32,000 nucleotides of DNA from Pseudomonadota bacterium (GTDB lineage Bacteria; Pseudomonadota; Alphaproteobacteria; UBA2136; JAPKEQ01). Below are positions 24,258 through 32,000 of this stretch, piece after piece. How positions within the stretch are numbered: the first letter of the stretch is position 1; each line of letters opens with the position of its first letter. Both the position numbers and the translations under genes were made by a program. The notes beneath the pieces were generated by a model, which was given only the letters and a program-made list of their open reading frames with translations, was not told the origin of the DNA and searched no databases. The stretch spans positions 173,021 through 205,020 of the forward strand of contig JAYZXF010000011.1 in assembly GCA_036141575.1 (NCBI GenBank), read 5' to 3'.

Positions 24258-25046
24258 TTAAGCGGCTTGTTTTTCGCGTTTTGGAGCAATTTTCTTCGCA
24301 ATTGTGGTCAAAGCGCGTACGGCATCGCAGTTTGGAAAGGCTTGAGACGCCACTTTCTGCATTTTAACAGCGGCAGCATACTGGCGATCATGCGGAACAA
24401 TACCAACAAGTGGCAGATCAATTTTTAGGAATTTTTCAGCCGCAGTTTTGATCTTTTCGTATGTCATACGGCCCTCAGCTTCACTACCCGCATTGTTTAC
24501 AAGAATCTCACAAGTTGACTTGTTGTAACGAACTTTTAAAAGCTTTGCGACAGCATAAGCATCAGTAATTGAACTTGGGTCTGGTGTTGTTACCAATAGA
24601 GTACGGTCTGCGTATTCTACAAACGTCAGAACTTCTTTACCAACACCTGCGGCAACATCAATAAGCACCACATCAAAAGCACCTGCCACGTTGCGGAGCT
24701 CTTTGAGGATGTCACGTTGCTCTAGAGCCGTTAGGAAAGGCAGTTGCTCATGGCCACTGCGCCCTGGAATTACCCAAAAACCACGCTCACTTTTAGAGAT
24801 CACTTCTTCCAAAGTTGCTTGGCCTGCAATCACATGGCCAAGATCTTTGTTTGGTGTCATACCAAGTTGTACATCTACGTTACCAAGACCCATATCACCA
24901 TCAAATACAAGAACCTTAAGCCCTTGTTGTGTTAGAAGCGTTGCAAGGTTCAGTGTCATACCTGTTTTACCTGCACCCCCTTTACCACTCGCCATTGCGA
25001 TGATAGGTGTTGTTGCAATTTTCAAAGATGTTTCGTTTAGGTTCAT
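24258..25046 (-). CDS. flhG: MinD/ParA-type ATPase FlhG (flagellar number regulator)
   Basis: The deviant Walker A is ASGKGGAGKTGMT. The ATG at 25046 overlaps the flhF stop (ATGA) and has GGGAGGA 6 nt upstream. Confidence 0.85.
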   Translation of the reverse strand: MNLNETSLKIATTPIIAMASGKGGAGKTGMTLNLATLLTQQGLKVLVFDGDMGLGNVDVQLGMTPNKDLGHVIAGQATLEEVISKSERGFWVIPGRSGHEQLPFLTALEQRDILKELRNVAGAFDVVLIDVAAGVGKEVLTFVEYADRTLLVTTPDPSSITDAYAVAKLLKVRYNKSTCEILVNNAGSEAEGRMTYEKIKTAAEKFLKIDLPLVGIVPHDRQYAAAVKMQKVASQAFPNCDAVRALTTIAKKIAPKREKQAA

Positions 25047-26035
25047 GCTGCGTCCTCCCATGGGTAGCGCGGTGATGTTGAAATTTTTTGTGCAAGACTG
25101 GCGGCATCCAGCTCAACCAAGTCATCTGGAATGTTTGGACCATCTGTGATGTAGCAGACTTTAAGGCCGCTACTTACAGCAAGATTAATAAGTCCGCCGT
25201 AGTGCATGGTTTCATCCAGTTTTGTAAAGATAAGCGTATCTGGCGTGAGTGCTGCATAAGCACTTGGAAGCATCAGTAGCTCTTTATCATGGAGAGAACC
25301 TGGTGCAACAAGGTGCAGCTGAAGGTCTTTCAATCCAAGCTCTTGCAGTGTGCTTGCCAGAGAAGATACCTGATCTTTCTTGTAAGGGCTAAGGCCCGGC
25401 GTATCAATGAGAAGGTAATCCGCATTCTTCACAGATTGAGGGACTTTATCCCAGTCTTCTTTACTGCTCACCATGTAAGCTTTTTCACCAATCGCTTTTG
25501 CAAAGATATTGATTTGCTCAAAGGCACCAATCTTACCGAAGTCTAGCGTGATGAGGCCAATGCTTTGGTTGTTCATCTTTTTCTGTACGGCAATTTTACA
25601 AAGCGTGGTTGTTTTTCCACTGCCGTTTGGACCGAGGAAAACATGTGTTTTACTTTTATCGAAGGCTTCAGCTGGCGCTGCAAATGGAACAATCTTCCCA
25701 AGCACCATATCCAGTGTATCTGTGCTATCAAAGCCTGTTTCTTCTAAAGCTGAAATCGCACGGGTAACTTTTGTTGAAATCTCTTCATCAATACCGTGTT
25801 GATTCAAAATCGCTTCAAGGCCATGGGTTGCCCTCTGCGTTTTAGGACGTAGAGGAATTGCTGCTGGTGCATCTTCTTTTTTCTCCGTCTCAATCGCTGC
25901 GGTCACTTCAAGCATTGTGCCTGTTTCGCCCGTAATCTTTTCTTGGCTGAGAATAACGGCATCTTCACCAAGAGAGTCACGGATCATGCCGAGCGCTTCT
26001 CCCATGTTCTTCGCTTGGAACTTCTTAATTTTCAT
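25043..26035 (-). CDS. flhF: SRP-type GTPase FlhF (flagellar placement)
   Basis: The N-terminus is MKIKKFQAKNMGEALGMIRDSLGEDAVIL. G-motifs are GPNGSGKTTT, LIDTPG and TKLDE. Confidence 0.9.
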   Translation of the reverse strand: MKIKKFQAKNMGEALGMIRDSLGEDAVILSQEKITGETGTMLEVTAAIETEKKEDAPAAIPLRPKTQRATHGLEAILNQHGIDEEISTKVTRAISALEETGFDSTDTLDMVLGKIVPFAAPAEAFDKSKTHVFLGPNGSGKTTTLCKIAVQKKMNNQSIGLITLDFGKIGAFEQINIFAKAIGEKAYMVSSKEDWDKVPQSVKNADYLLIDTPGLSPYKKDQVSSLASTLQELGLKDLQLHLVAPGSLHDKELLMLPSAYAALTPDTLIFTKLDETMHYGGLINLAVSSGLKVCYITDGPNIPDDLVELDAASLAQKISTSPRYPWEDAA

Positions 26036-26049
26036 AAATCATATCCCCT

Positions 26050-28167
26050 TTATAGGCTTCCTAGCGTTCTAATTTTAACTTTTGGATGCACTTCTGCCTG
26101 TGAAATGACAGGGACAGAAGGCAGGGCTCTCTCAAGGAGAGAGCGGACAAATGGCCGGTTGCGGGCTGAGGTTAAGAGCACCGGCTGTTCGCCTGTCATC
26201 ATGTGGTTCTCAAAGGTGTCTTTGAGTGTGTTCATGAAGGCTTGAACCTTTGTTGGTTCCATCGCGAGTTGGCGCTCCTCTCCATGGGTATGGATGCTTG
26301 CGCTAAATTCTTTTTCCCATCCGCCGCTGAGTGACACTACAGGAATTACACCATCAGGGTTAATGAGGCTCACACAGATTTGACGGGCAAGGTGGGCACG
26401 TACAATTTCTGTGAGTTGAGTAATACTTTTTGTTTGCGTTACGGCGTCGCTGAGAGCTTCTAAAATGCTTGGAAGATCGCGGATAGATACGCGCTCTTTC
26501 AGCAGCGTTTGCAGTACTTTTTGCAGGATGCCCATGCTCATTTGTGCAGGGATCAGTTCATCAATCAGCTTGCCATGACTCTCACGGATTTCATCCAGAA
26601 GTTTCTCTGTTTCATTACGTGTGAGGAGCTCTGCCATGTTGTCTTTAATGACTTCTGTCAGGTGCGTCGTGATCACTGTTGCAGGGTCTACCACTGTGTA
26701 GCCGTTAAAGGATGCTTCTTCACGTTTATGCTCAGGAATCCATGTTGCAGGTAGGCCAAATGTTGGTTCAACTGTTTGCTCACCTTCTAGGCTCGGCGCA
26801 GTCCCTGTTGGGTCCATAGCCATCAGTTTACCTGGCTGGAGGGCGCCATCACCGGCATCAATATCTTTAATGTAGAGGCGGTAATCCCCTTGGCCAAGTT
26901 GCATGTTATCTTGGATACGAATACTCGGCACAACAAATCCAACATCCTTTGCCATTTGGCGGCGCATCGCTTTAATTTGTTCTGTGAGTTTGCCACCTTT
27001 AGATTCATCAATCAGTGCAAGCAAGCCATAGCCAAGCTCAAGGCGCAGTGTGTCCACATGTAGAATGCTTGAAATTGGCTCTTCTTGAGGTTTGAAATCT
27101 TCCTCTTCAAGTTCAGTAGCTGCTTCAATCACGTCTTCTTCAACAGGGAAGAACCGCTCTTGGTTTTGCAGCATATAGCCAAGGCCACCAATGAGTGATG
27201 CCATCACCCAAAACGGCATGAGTGGCATGTTCGGCATAAGAGAAAGTAACACAAGTAGGCCTGCTGCTGTGTAAAGCGCACCAGGGTTCTTACCAATTTG
27301 TGAGAAGACAACTTTACCCGCAGCTTCACTTGTACCGCTTTTCGCAACAAGAAGACCTGCAGATAGTGAAATAACAAGGGCAGGGATCTGAGCCACCAGA
27401 CCATCACCAACAGTTAGGAGCATGTAGCGGTTGGCAGCCTCAGAGAAGGCCATATCATGTGTGACCACACCAATACCCACACCAACAGCAATGTTAAGAC
27501 CTGTAATAATCAGGCCAGCAATCGCGTCACCACGTACGAATTTCGAGGCACCATCCATGGCCCCGTAGAAACCTGTTTCGCTCTCAAGCTCTTTACGGCG
27601 CAGGCGTGCATCATCTTCTGTGATAAGGCCTGCATTTAGGTCAGCATCAATCGCCATTTGTTTACCCGGTAAACTATCAAGTGTGAAACGTGCAGCAACT
27701 TCAGCAATACGCGTAGAACCTTTGGTGATCACCACAAAGTTCACAATAATAAGGATCAGGAAGATGATCATACCAATAATAAATTGGCCGCCCATCACAA
27801 CTGTACCAAAGGCTTCAATCAGTTTACCTGCTGCGTCAGGGCCTGTATGTCCGTCACTTAAAATCAATCTGGTTGAGGCAACGTTAAGCGCAAGGCGAAG
27901 CATTGTTGTAATCAGGAGAAGCATTGGGAATGCACTGAAATCCATAGCCCTTTGCACAAACATAACTGTGAGAAGAATGATGACACCTGCTGTAATACTG
28001 AGTGTAAATAGCATGTCCATCACAACAGATGGCATTGGGACAAATAACAGCACCAAAATACCCATCACACCAAGGGCGAGCGCAATTTCACTTTGTCTCA
28101 AGGTCTTAAGACCCAAAGCAAGCGCGTTTGGTTTGGAATCAGCCATATTATTGTTATTTTCCCACAA
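26050..28167 (-). CDS. flhA: Flagellar type III export apparatus protein FlhA
   Basis: It matches FlhA along its full length (FPMLLLITTMLRLALNVASTRLIL, VITKGSTRIAEVAARFTLDSLPGKQMAIDADL, GAMDGASKFVRGDAIAG). The start is either the TTG at 28167 (AAGGG 6 nt upstream) or the ATG at 28146. Confidence 0.95.
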   Translation of the reverse strand: MWENNNNMADSKPNALALGLKTLRQSEIALALGVMGILVLLFVPMPSVVMDMLFTLSITAGVIILLTVMFVQRAMDFSAFPMLLLITTMLRLALNVASTRLILSDGHTGPDAAGKLIEAFGTVVMGGQFIIGMIIFLILIIVNFVVITKGSTRIAEVAARFTLDSLPGKQMAIDADLNAGLITEDDARLRRKELESETGFYGAMDGASKFVRGDAIAGLIITGLNIAVGVGIGVVTHDMAFSEAANRYMLLTVGDGLVAQIPALVISLSAGLLVAKSGTSEAAGKVVFSQIGKNPGALYTAAGLLVLLSLMPNMPLMPFWVMASLIGGLGYMLQNQERFFPVEEDVIEAATELEEEDFKPQEEPISSILHVDTLRLELGYGLLALIDESKGGKLTEQIKAMRRQMAKDVGFVVPSIRIQDNMQLGQGDYRLYIKDIDAGDGALQPGKLMAMDPTGTAPSLEGEQTVEPTFGLPATWIPEHKREEASFNGYTVVDPATVITTHLTEVIKDNMAELLTRNETEKLLDEIRESHGKLIDELIPAQMSMGILQKVLQTLLKERVSIRDLPSILEALSDAVTQTKSITQLTEIVRAHLARQICVSLINPDGVIPVVSLSGGWEKEFSASIHTHGEERQLAMEPTKVQAFMNTLKDTFENHMMTGEQPVLLTSARNRPFVRSLLERALPSVPVISQAEVHPKVKIRTLGSL

Positions 28168-28321
28168 TCTCTGCCCTTATTATGACGAAAATGTAACGAA
28201 AAGCCAAGGCCCTTCGGTATTTTCTAGGGGATCTGTGATGTTTACGCGACAGGCTGGACGTGCTATAGAGTGTGTGCTTTAATCTAGTCTAACCGTTTCT
28301 TTTAACGAAAGGGCCGTATCT

Positions 28322-28978
28322 ATGGCAAATTCTGTAATTATCTTGGACTATGAATATTGGACAGCTGAAGGCGCACATGACCGCAAGCGACGTGGCATGT
28401 ATGATCTTCCCCCGCTTCTTGTGCAAATGGGTGTGATTCGTCTGAGCCTTGAAGATGGGCTTCCTGAGCTTGAAGCGTTGGATGAAATTGTGATTCCGCG
28501 TGATCTTGCAGGAAATCAGGTGGAGCTTGATCAATTTGCGGAAGAGCTGTTTGGTTTTGGCAACCAAGAGATCAATAATCGTGGTCTTGAACTTGCGCCA
28601 GCTATGAAAATTCTGAAAGACTTTGTGGGCGATGATCTTGTGTTTAGCTTTGGTCCAGATGATCTTAGCTGCAGTGCACAAACCTGTTACATTCACGGTG
28701 TAGAACATGCATTCCCGCATAAGCAAGCCCGTGACGTGCGTAAAATTTTTTACAAGGCAGGGGTAGATGAAGAAAGCTTGATGAAGGTTAGCAGTGGTGA
28801 CTTTGCTGAGTTTCTTGGCCTTCCTAAGCCTGAAGGGCATCACACGCACAATGCTTTGGATGATGTACGTTCAATTGCACGCGGTCTGCGCTATTTTATT
28901 GAGCAGGGCAAAATTGATGTGAAAGAACTCACGATGGCAGGGTATCCGTACCCTTGGGGTGAGAACGACATCATTTAA
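28322..28978 (+). CDS. DEDDh-type 3'-5' exonuclease domain protein (DnaQ/RNase T-like)
   Basis: An Exo I-like motif is VIILDYEYW (D..E). The Exo III-like motif is HHTHNALDDVRSIARGL (H-x4-D). 218 aa, divergent from flhA. Confidence 0.6.
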   Translation: MANSVIILDYEYWTAEGAHDRKRRGMYDLPPLLVQMGVIRLSLEDGLPELEALDEIVIPRDLAGNQVELDQFAEELFGFGNQEINNRGLELAPAMKILKDFVGDDLVFSFGPDDLSCSAQTCYIHGVEHAFPHKQARDVRKIFYKAGVDEESLMKVSSGDFAEFLGLPKPEGHHTHNALDDVRSIARGLRYFIEQGKIDVKELTMAGYPYPWGENDII

Positions 28979-29096
28979 ATTCTACTCAGCTGACCTGCAA
29001 ATTACTTTGTAATCCAGTGCTTGCCTTCATGTATGTTTTATGCACTTCAGGCATCGCGCTTCTTACAAAATAATTTTCGCTACAGCTGAGCGAATT
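28978..29096. repeat. Palindromic intergenic repeat, copy C (119 bp, divergent core)
   Basis: It shares tgcaaatta.. and ..aataattttcgct with copy B, and the aattctact / agcgaatt termini with copy A. The stem pairs aaattactttgtaa (28999-29012) with ttacaaaataattt (29063-29076) at 13/14 positions. Its first base is the last base of the exonuclease stop codon. Confidence 0.6.
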
Positions 29097-29104
29097 TAAT
29101 CAAT

Positions 29105-29140
29105 ATAAAAAAGAGCGCCATTGGCGCTCTTTTCTTTTTA
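29105..29140. terminator. Bidirectional intrinsic terminator downstream of fliW (and of the exonuclease gene)
   Basis: aaaaaagagcgcc attg gcgctcttttcttttt has a GC-rich stem with A-rich and T-rich flanks. Confidence 0.75.
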
Positions 29141-29148
29141 AATCAGAC

Positions 29149-29619
29149 TTAGATTTTATGTTGAGTTGTGTATTCGTTACTGCTTAGGATGTGCTGGTAA
29201 CCTTCACGTTTTTTGCTATCAAGCATGAGAGGAGCGCGCAGGTTTGCTGTCAGGAAGAAAGAATCACCTTGCTCGTAGAGTGTTAGAATCACAAGGAATT
29301 GAGTTTCCTTAGCGTCCATTTTACGTGCTGCAAGAGCATCTTTCTTGTCCTTTTCTTTAATCTCAAGGCCAAGAATTGCAGGGTCAGCTACCATAAATGT
29401 TACGCTAGGGTCGCTGATGCAGTGCATCAATAGAATAGGAGACTCATCGCCACCAGGCATACGAGAGAGGCCAAACACTTTACAATGTGGAAACCCAAGA
29501 ACACCTTGGTCAAAGCCGACCAAGCGATCTTCACGGAGGGTTACATCACCAAAGCGCGTGCTGTAAGTAAGAACGTTACTGCTGTTCGCTGTATCTGAAA
29601 CTGTTGCTGTATGGTTCAT
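29149..29619 (-). CDS. fliW: Flagellar assembly factor FliW
   Basis: It is colinear with FliW: FDQGVLGFPHCKVFGL, FMVADPAILG, LVILTL..TANLRAPLMLDSKKREGYQHIL. Confidence 0.85.
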   Translation of the reverse strand: MNHTATVSDTANSSNVLTYSTRFGDVTLREDRLVGFDQGVLGFPHCKVFGLSRMPGGDESPILLMHCISDPSVTFMVADPAILGLEIKEKDKKDALAARKMDAKETQFLVILTLYEQGDSFFLTANLRAPLMLDSKKREGYQHILSSNEYTTQHKI

Positions 29620-29624
29620 GAGGG

Positions 29625-29870
29625 CTATTTATCTCCTTTAGAGGGTTTTCCAATAGATTTGAGGGCATCGAGAATTTGTTCCGGCTTCACATCGGCTGCG
29701 GCTTTGTTCTCTTCTTGAATCTTGAGGTAGAGTTCTTTTCGGTAAACGGTGCTGCCATCTGGAAACTCGAAACCAAGCTTCACGCGGTTGCCACGTACGT
29801 CGACAATTTTGACTTCGATGTCGCCATTGATAATCACCGATTCGTCCTGCCGTCTGGTAATCAGTAGCAT
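29625..29870 (-). CDS. csrA: Carbon storage regulator / translational repressor CsrA
   Basis: MLLITRRQDESVIINGDIEVKIVDVRGNRVKLGFEFPDGSTVYRKELY is canonical CsrA. 81 aa with a C-terminal extension. Confidence 0.9.
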   Translation of the reverse strand: MLLITRRQDESVIINGDIEVKIVDVRGNRVKLGFEFPDGSTVYRKELYLKIQEENKAAADVKPEQILDALKSIGKPSKGDK

Positions 29871-29953
29871 TAAGGAGTGTGTCCCACATTATTATTTGTT
29901 GTCGGTGTATTGTGGCTGACTGTTGCATCATTGTCTAGTGTTTCTCCCTACTC

Positions 29954-30862
29954 TTAAATGAAGTCTAATAGAGAAGTAGATTGCAGGCGTGCTAAAATAG
30001 CCATAGATGACTCAAGTACGGCTTGGTTGGCACTGTAATTACTAATGGCTTCTGTAATATCTGCTTTTTCAATATCGTCCACGCGCTCAGTAATGTTAAT
30101 ATTTGCGCTTTCATGACGATCTTTAAGCAGGTTGAGAGACTCAATCTGTCCACCAATTTCACCAAGCATGTCGCTTAGTTCTGTTTGAGCATTGTTTAGG
30201 AGCTCAATCGCATTATCGATCTCAGTTGTTGAGTTGTTCTCAAGGCCAAACCATAGGGCTTCAAGGCCGGCAAGCATATCTGCAAAACCTTGTTGATCAC
30301 CTGTTACACCGTATGGAATTTGAATGCCTTCACCTGTAATCACACTTGGGCGTGCTACGTCACCAGTGTAGTAGGTTGTTGGCGCAGGGTTACCTGGAGA
30401 GATGTTAGCCGTTGGCGACTGGTTGAGTGGTGGGTTTTCACTTGCCTGACCAGAGAAAATATAACGGCCTTCAAACTGTGTTTGGAACAGTTGATAAAAC
30501 GTACGCGTGAGGGCTTCTGCTTTTGGGGCGAGGGCGGCGCGTGATTCTGCACTATTTTCATTACGACCAAGTGTCCAGAGGTTAGAGGCATCAGCCATGA
30601 GGTCTGATAGACCTTGCAGGGCATTTTCAGATGAACTTAGACGGGCTGTAACATCTTCAATGTTACGAATGTAGCGCTCGTTGCTGGATCTCAGTTCTTT
30701 TAGGTCAAATAGGGCATTTGTTTCCGTAGAAATATCTTCGTAACGACGCGCTTCAAGGCCAGAAGAAATCTGATATGTATTTTTAGCAATTTGCACATTG
30801 CTTGTTTGCAGCCTGTTTACAAGGGTTGAGTTCAAAAATGATGTAGAAATTCTAGTAACCAT
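29954..30862 (-). CDS. flgL: Flagellar hook-associated protein 3 FlgL (flagellin-family)
   Basis: It has a flagellin-like N-terminus (MVTRISTSFLNSTLVNRLQTSNVQIAKNTYQISSG) and C-terminus (QAVLESSMAILARLQSTSLLDFI). It lies directly after flgK. Confidence 0.8.
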   Translation of the reverse strand: MVTRISTSFLNSTLVNRLQTSNVQIAKNTYQISSGLEARRYEDISTETNALFDLKELRSSNERYIRNIEDVTARLSSSENALQGLSDLMADASNLWTLGRNENSAESRAALAPKAEALTRTFYQLFQTQFEGRYIFSGQASENPPLNQSPTANISPGNPAPTTYYTGDVARPSVITGEGIQIPYGVTGDQQGFADMLAGLEALWFGLENNSTTEIDNAIELLNNAQTELSDMLGEIGGQIESLNLLKDRHESANINITERVDDIEKADITEAISNYSANQAVLESSMAILARLQSTSLLDFI

Positions 30863-30874
30863 ATGTTTTACCCT

Positions 30875-32000
30875 TTATACAATTTGCAGGAGCGTGTCGT
30901 ATAGCTCGTCAATTGTTGTGATCACTCGCGCAGACGCCTGAAACGCATTCTGGAAGAGCATCATGTTTGCAAGTTCTTCATCCATGTTTACGCCACTTGT
31001 GTTCGCAATACGTTCACTAATGTCATCGTAAACTTTTTGCACAAACTCTTGACGGTCATTAGCGTTATCAAGCTCTACAGCTAGTGTACCGTTAATATCG
31101 TTGTAGTAGCCTGTAAGTGTTGTACTTGTTGCGCCAATATCACCAGCAGCACCAAAGGCCACATCTGTTGTTGCAAGCTCAGAAAGCGCAATGGCATTTC
31201 TGTTATCGTAGAGTGAAAGGCCACCATCGCTTTCTCTCATGCGAGCGGAAGCAACAAGTTCAGGCGTTGCAACAATATCTGCGCGAATCGCCATTGTTGA
31301 AGCGTCACGTCCTGTAAAGAAGTTGTTCATACCAACTGCGCTGAGCATGTTTCCTGTTTCATCAGCAAGAACAAGGAAGTTACCAGACGTTTCTTGCACT
31401 TGAAGCTGTGGGTTACCATCGGCATCAACAGTTACACTGGCGTTTACCGTACCACCAATGTCTGCGTTACCGTTAATCGCAGCAGCGATATTTGCGTAAG
31501 TGATTGGACCTGCACCAAGGTTAATGCCACCGGCACCGCCACCTGCTGCAAGGGTTGTACTAATCATATTACCGTCAGCATCAACAACACTGACATTAAA
31601 TGTAGAACCTGCTTGTAGTCCAAGTTCTGTTACAAGGTCTGCACCTGCACCAGAAAGGAGGTCACCGTTCCCACTTGTAAATGTATCTACTGGAGGCACA
31701 CCTGTACCTTGGCTATGAATGGCGTTAAATTCAGAAATCACAACACGTGCGAACTCGTCCATTTCAGCCATTAAATCTGGAATCTCACTGTCACGAAGGT
31801 CTGCAAGTGCTTTAAAGCGGCCTGATGTAATACGGTTTGTATCAAGCTCCATTGGAAAGACTTGATTACTTGGAATGCCACTTGAAAGTGTTGGGCGGAT
31901 ACCCAAGTCTGAAAATGCCTGTGCTGGGTCAAATGGCACTTCTTCAAGCTGTGCAGCACTGTAGTCAACAAGTGTACGGCCGTTTTCAGCGGTTAGACGG
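30875..32000 (-). CDS. flgK: Flagellar hook-associated protein 1 FlgK (partial; N-terminus lies beyond the window end)
   Basis: The reading frame stays open to position 32000. The C-terminus NMDEELANMMLFQNAFQASARVITTIDELYDTLLQIV is typical of FlgK. Confidence 0.85.
   Translation of the reverse strand, partial: RLTAENGRTLVDYSAAQLEEVPFDPAQAFSDLGIRPTLSSGIPSNQVFPMELDTNRITSGRFKALADLRDSEIPDLMAEMDEFARVVISEFNAIHSQGTGVPPVDTFTSGNGDLLSGAGADLVTELGLQAGSTFNVSVVDADGNMISTTLAAGGGAGGINLGAGPITYANIAAAINGNADIGGTVNASVTVDADGNPQLQVQETSGNFLVLADETGNMLSAVGMNNFFTGRDASTMAIRADIVATPELVASARMRESDGGLSLYDNRNAIALSELATTDVAFGAAGDIGATSTTLTGYYNDINGTLAVELDNANDRQEFVQKVYDDISERIANTSGVNMDEELANMMLFQNAFQASARVITTIDELYDTLLQIV

Noticed and set aside
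24691-25149. 152-aa + strand ORF across the flhG/flhF junction
   Set aside because: It is antisense to two strongly supported genes and is Ser/Arg/Pro-rich shadow sequence.
27620-28282. 220-aa + strand ORF antisense to the 5' part of flhA
   Set aside because: It is a shadow ORF opposite the most conserved membrane domain of FlhA, with no SD or recognisable motifs.
28279-28293. CtrA-box-like TTAA-N7-TAAC in the flhA/exonuclease divergent region
   Set aside because: The second half-site matches TTAA at only 2/4 positions. The next true TTAA is 19 nt away, not 7. This is too weak to call.
29889-29925. Possible sigma-28-type promoter (TAGA-N16-GCCACAAT, minus strand) upstream of csrA
   Set aside because: Only about half of the -10 consensus (GCCGATAA) matches, and the -35 is imperfect. 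It is indistinguishable from chance.
1-32000. Search for CRISPR arrays, tRNA/rRNA genes, IS elements, integrases, prophage genes, toxin-antitoxin pairs or known defence-system signatures
   Set aside because: None was seen. Every intergenic region is under 270 bp and is accounted for by promoters, terminators or the palindromic repeat. All large ORFs have housekeeping or flagellar assignments or are small orphans.

Overview
This is a 32-kb chromosomal window of moderate GC (mid-40s % by eye). The protein signatures look alphaproteobacterial: an F0-only atp operon preceded by AtpZ/AtpI, a Cys-less L31, and mutY-DUF721-dsbA synteny. All calls come from reading the sequence and ORF translations; no database search was possible.

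Left third: a rhodanese and a TrmH-family methyltransferase on the minus strand. These are followed by a tightly coupled operon of three tandem TPR+sulfotransferase paralogs and an orphan 163-aa ORF.

Middle: housekeeping genes rplS, a Lon N-domain protein, a degenerate family-4 UDG-like protein, an Slt-type lytic transglycosylase, rnhB, two orphan ORFs, mutY, a DUF721/DciA-like gene and a DsbA-like gene. Next come atpI(Z), a glycine-zipper micro-ORF, atpB-atpE and a single atpF, then a YbdK/GCS2-type ligase and rpmE.

Right third: a polar-flagellum style cluster. Its order is cheW | fliI-fliJ | flhA-flhF-flhG-fliK-like-orphan ORF | DEDDh exonuclease | flgK(partial)-flgL-csrA-fliW.

I saw no rRNA, tRNA, CRISPR array, transposase, integrase or recognisable defence or toxin genes, so I cannot point to a clear-cut new multi-gene system.

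The most unusual signals are:
- A family of about 112-119-bp palindromic intergenic repeats (three full copies plus one cut by the window edge). Each sits directly after a stop codon and shows coordinated changes on both stem arms.
- The triple TPR-sulfotransferase operon.
- An atpI-atpB spacer with two terminator-like hairpins bracketing a micro-ORF.
- A csrA-fliW pair in reversed order with a GGA hairpin where the csrA Shine-Dalgarno (SD) would be.
- Orphan ORFs embedded in the flagellar operons.
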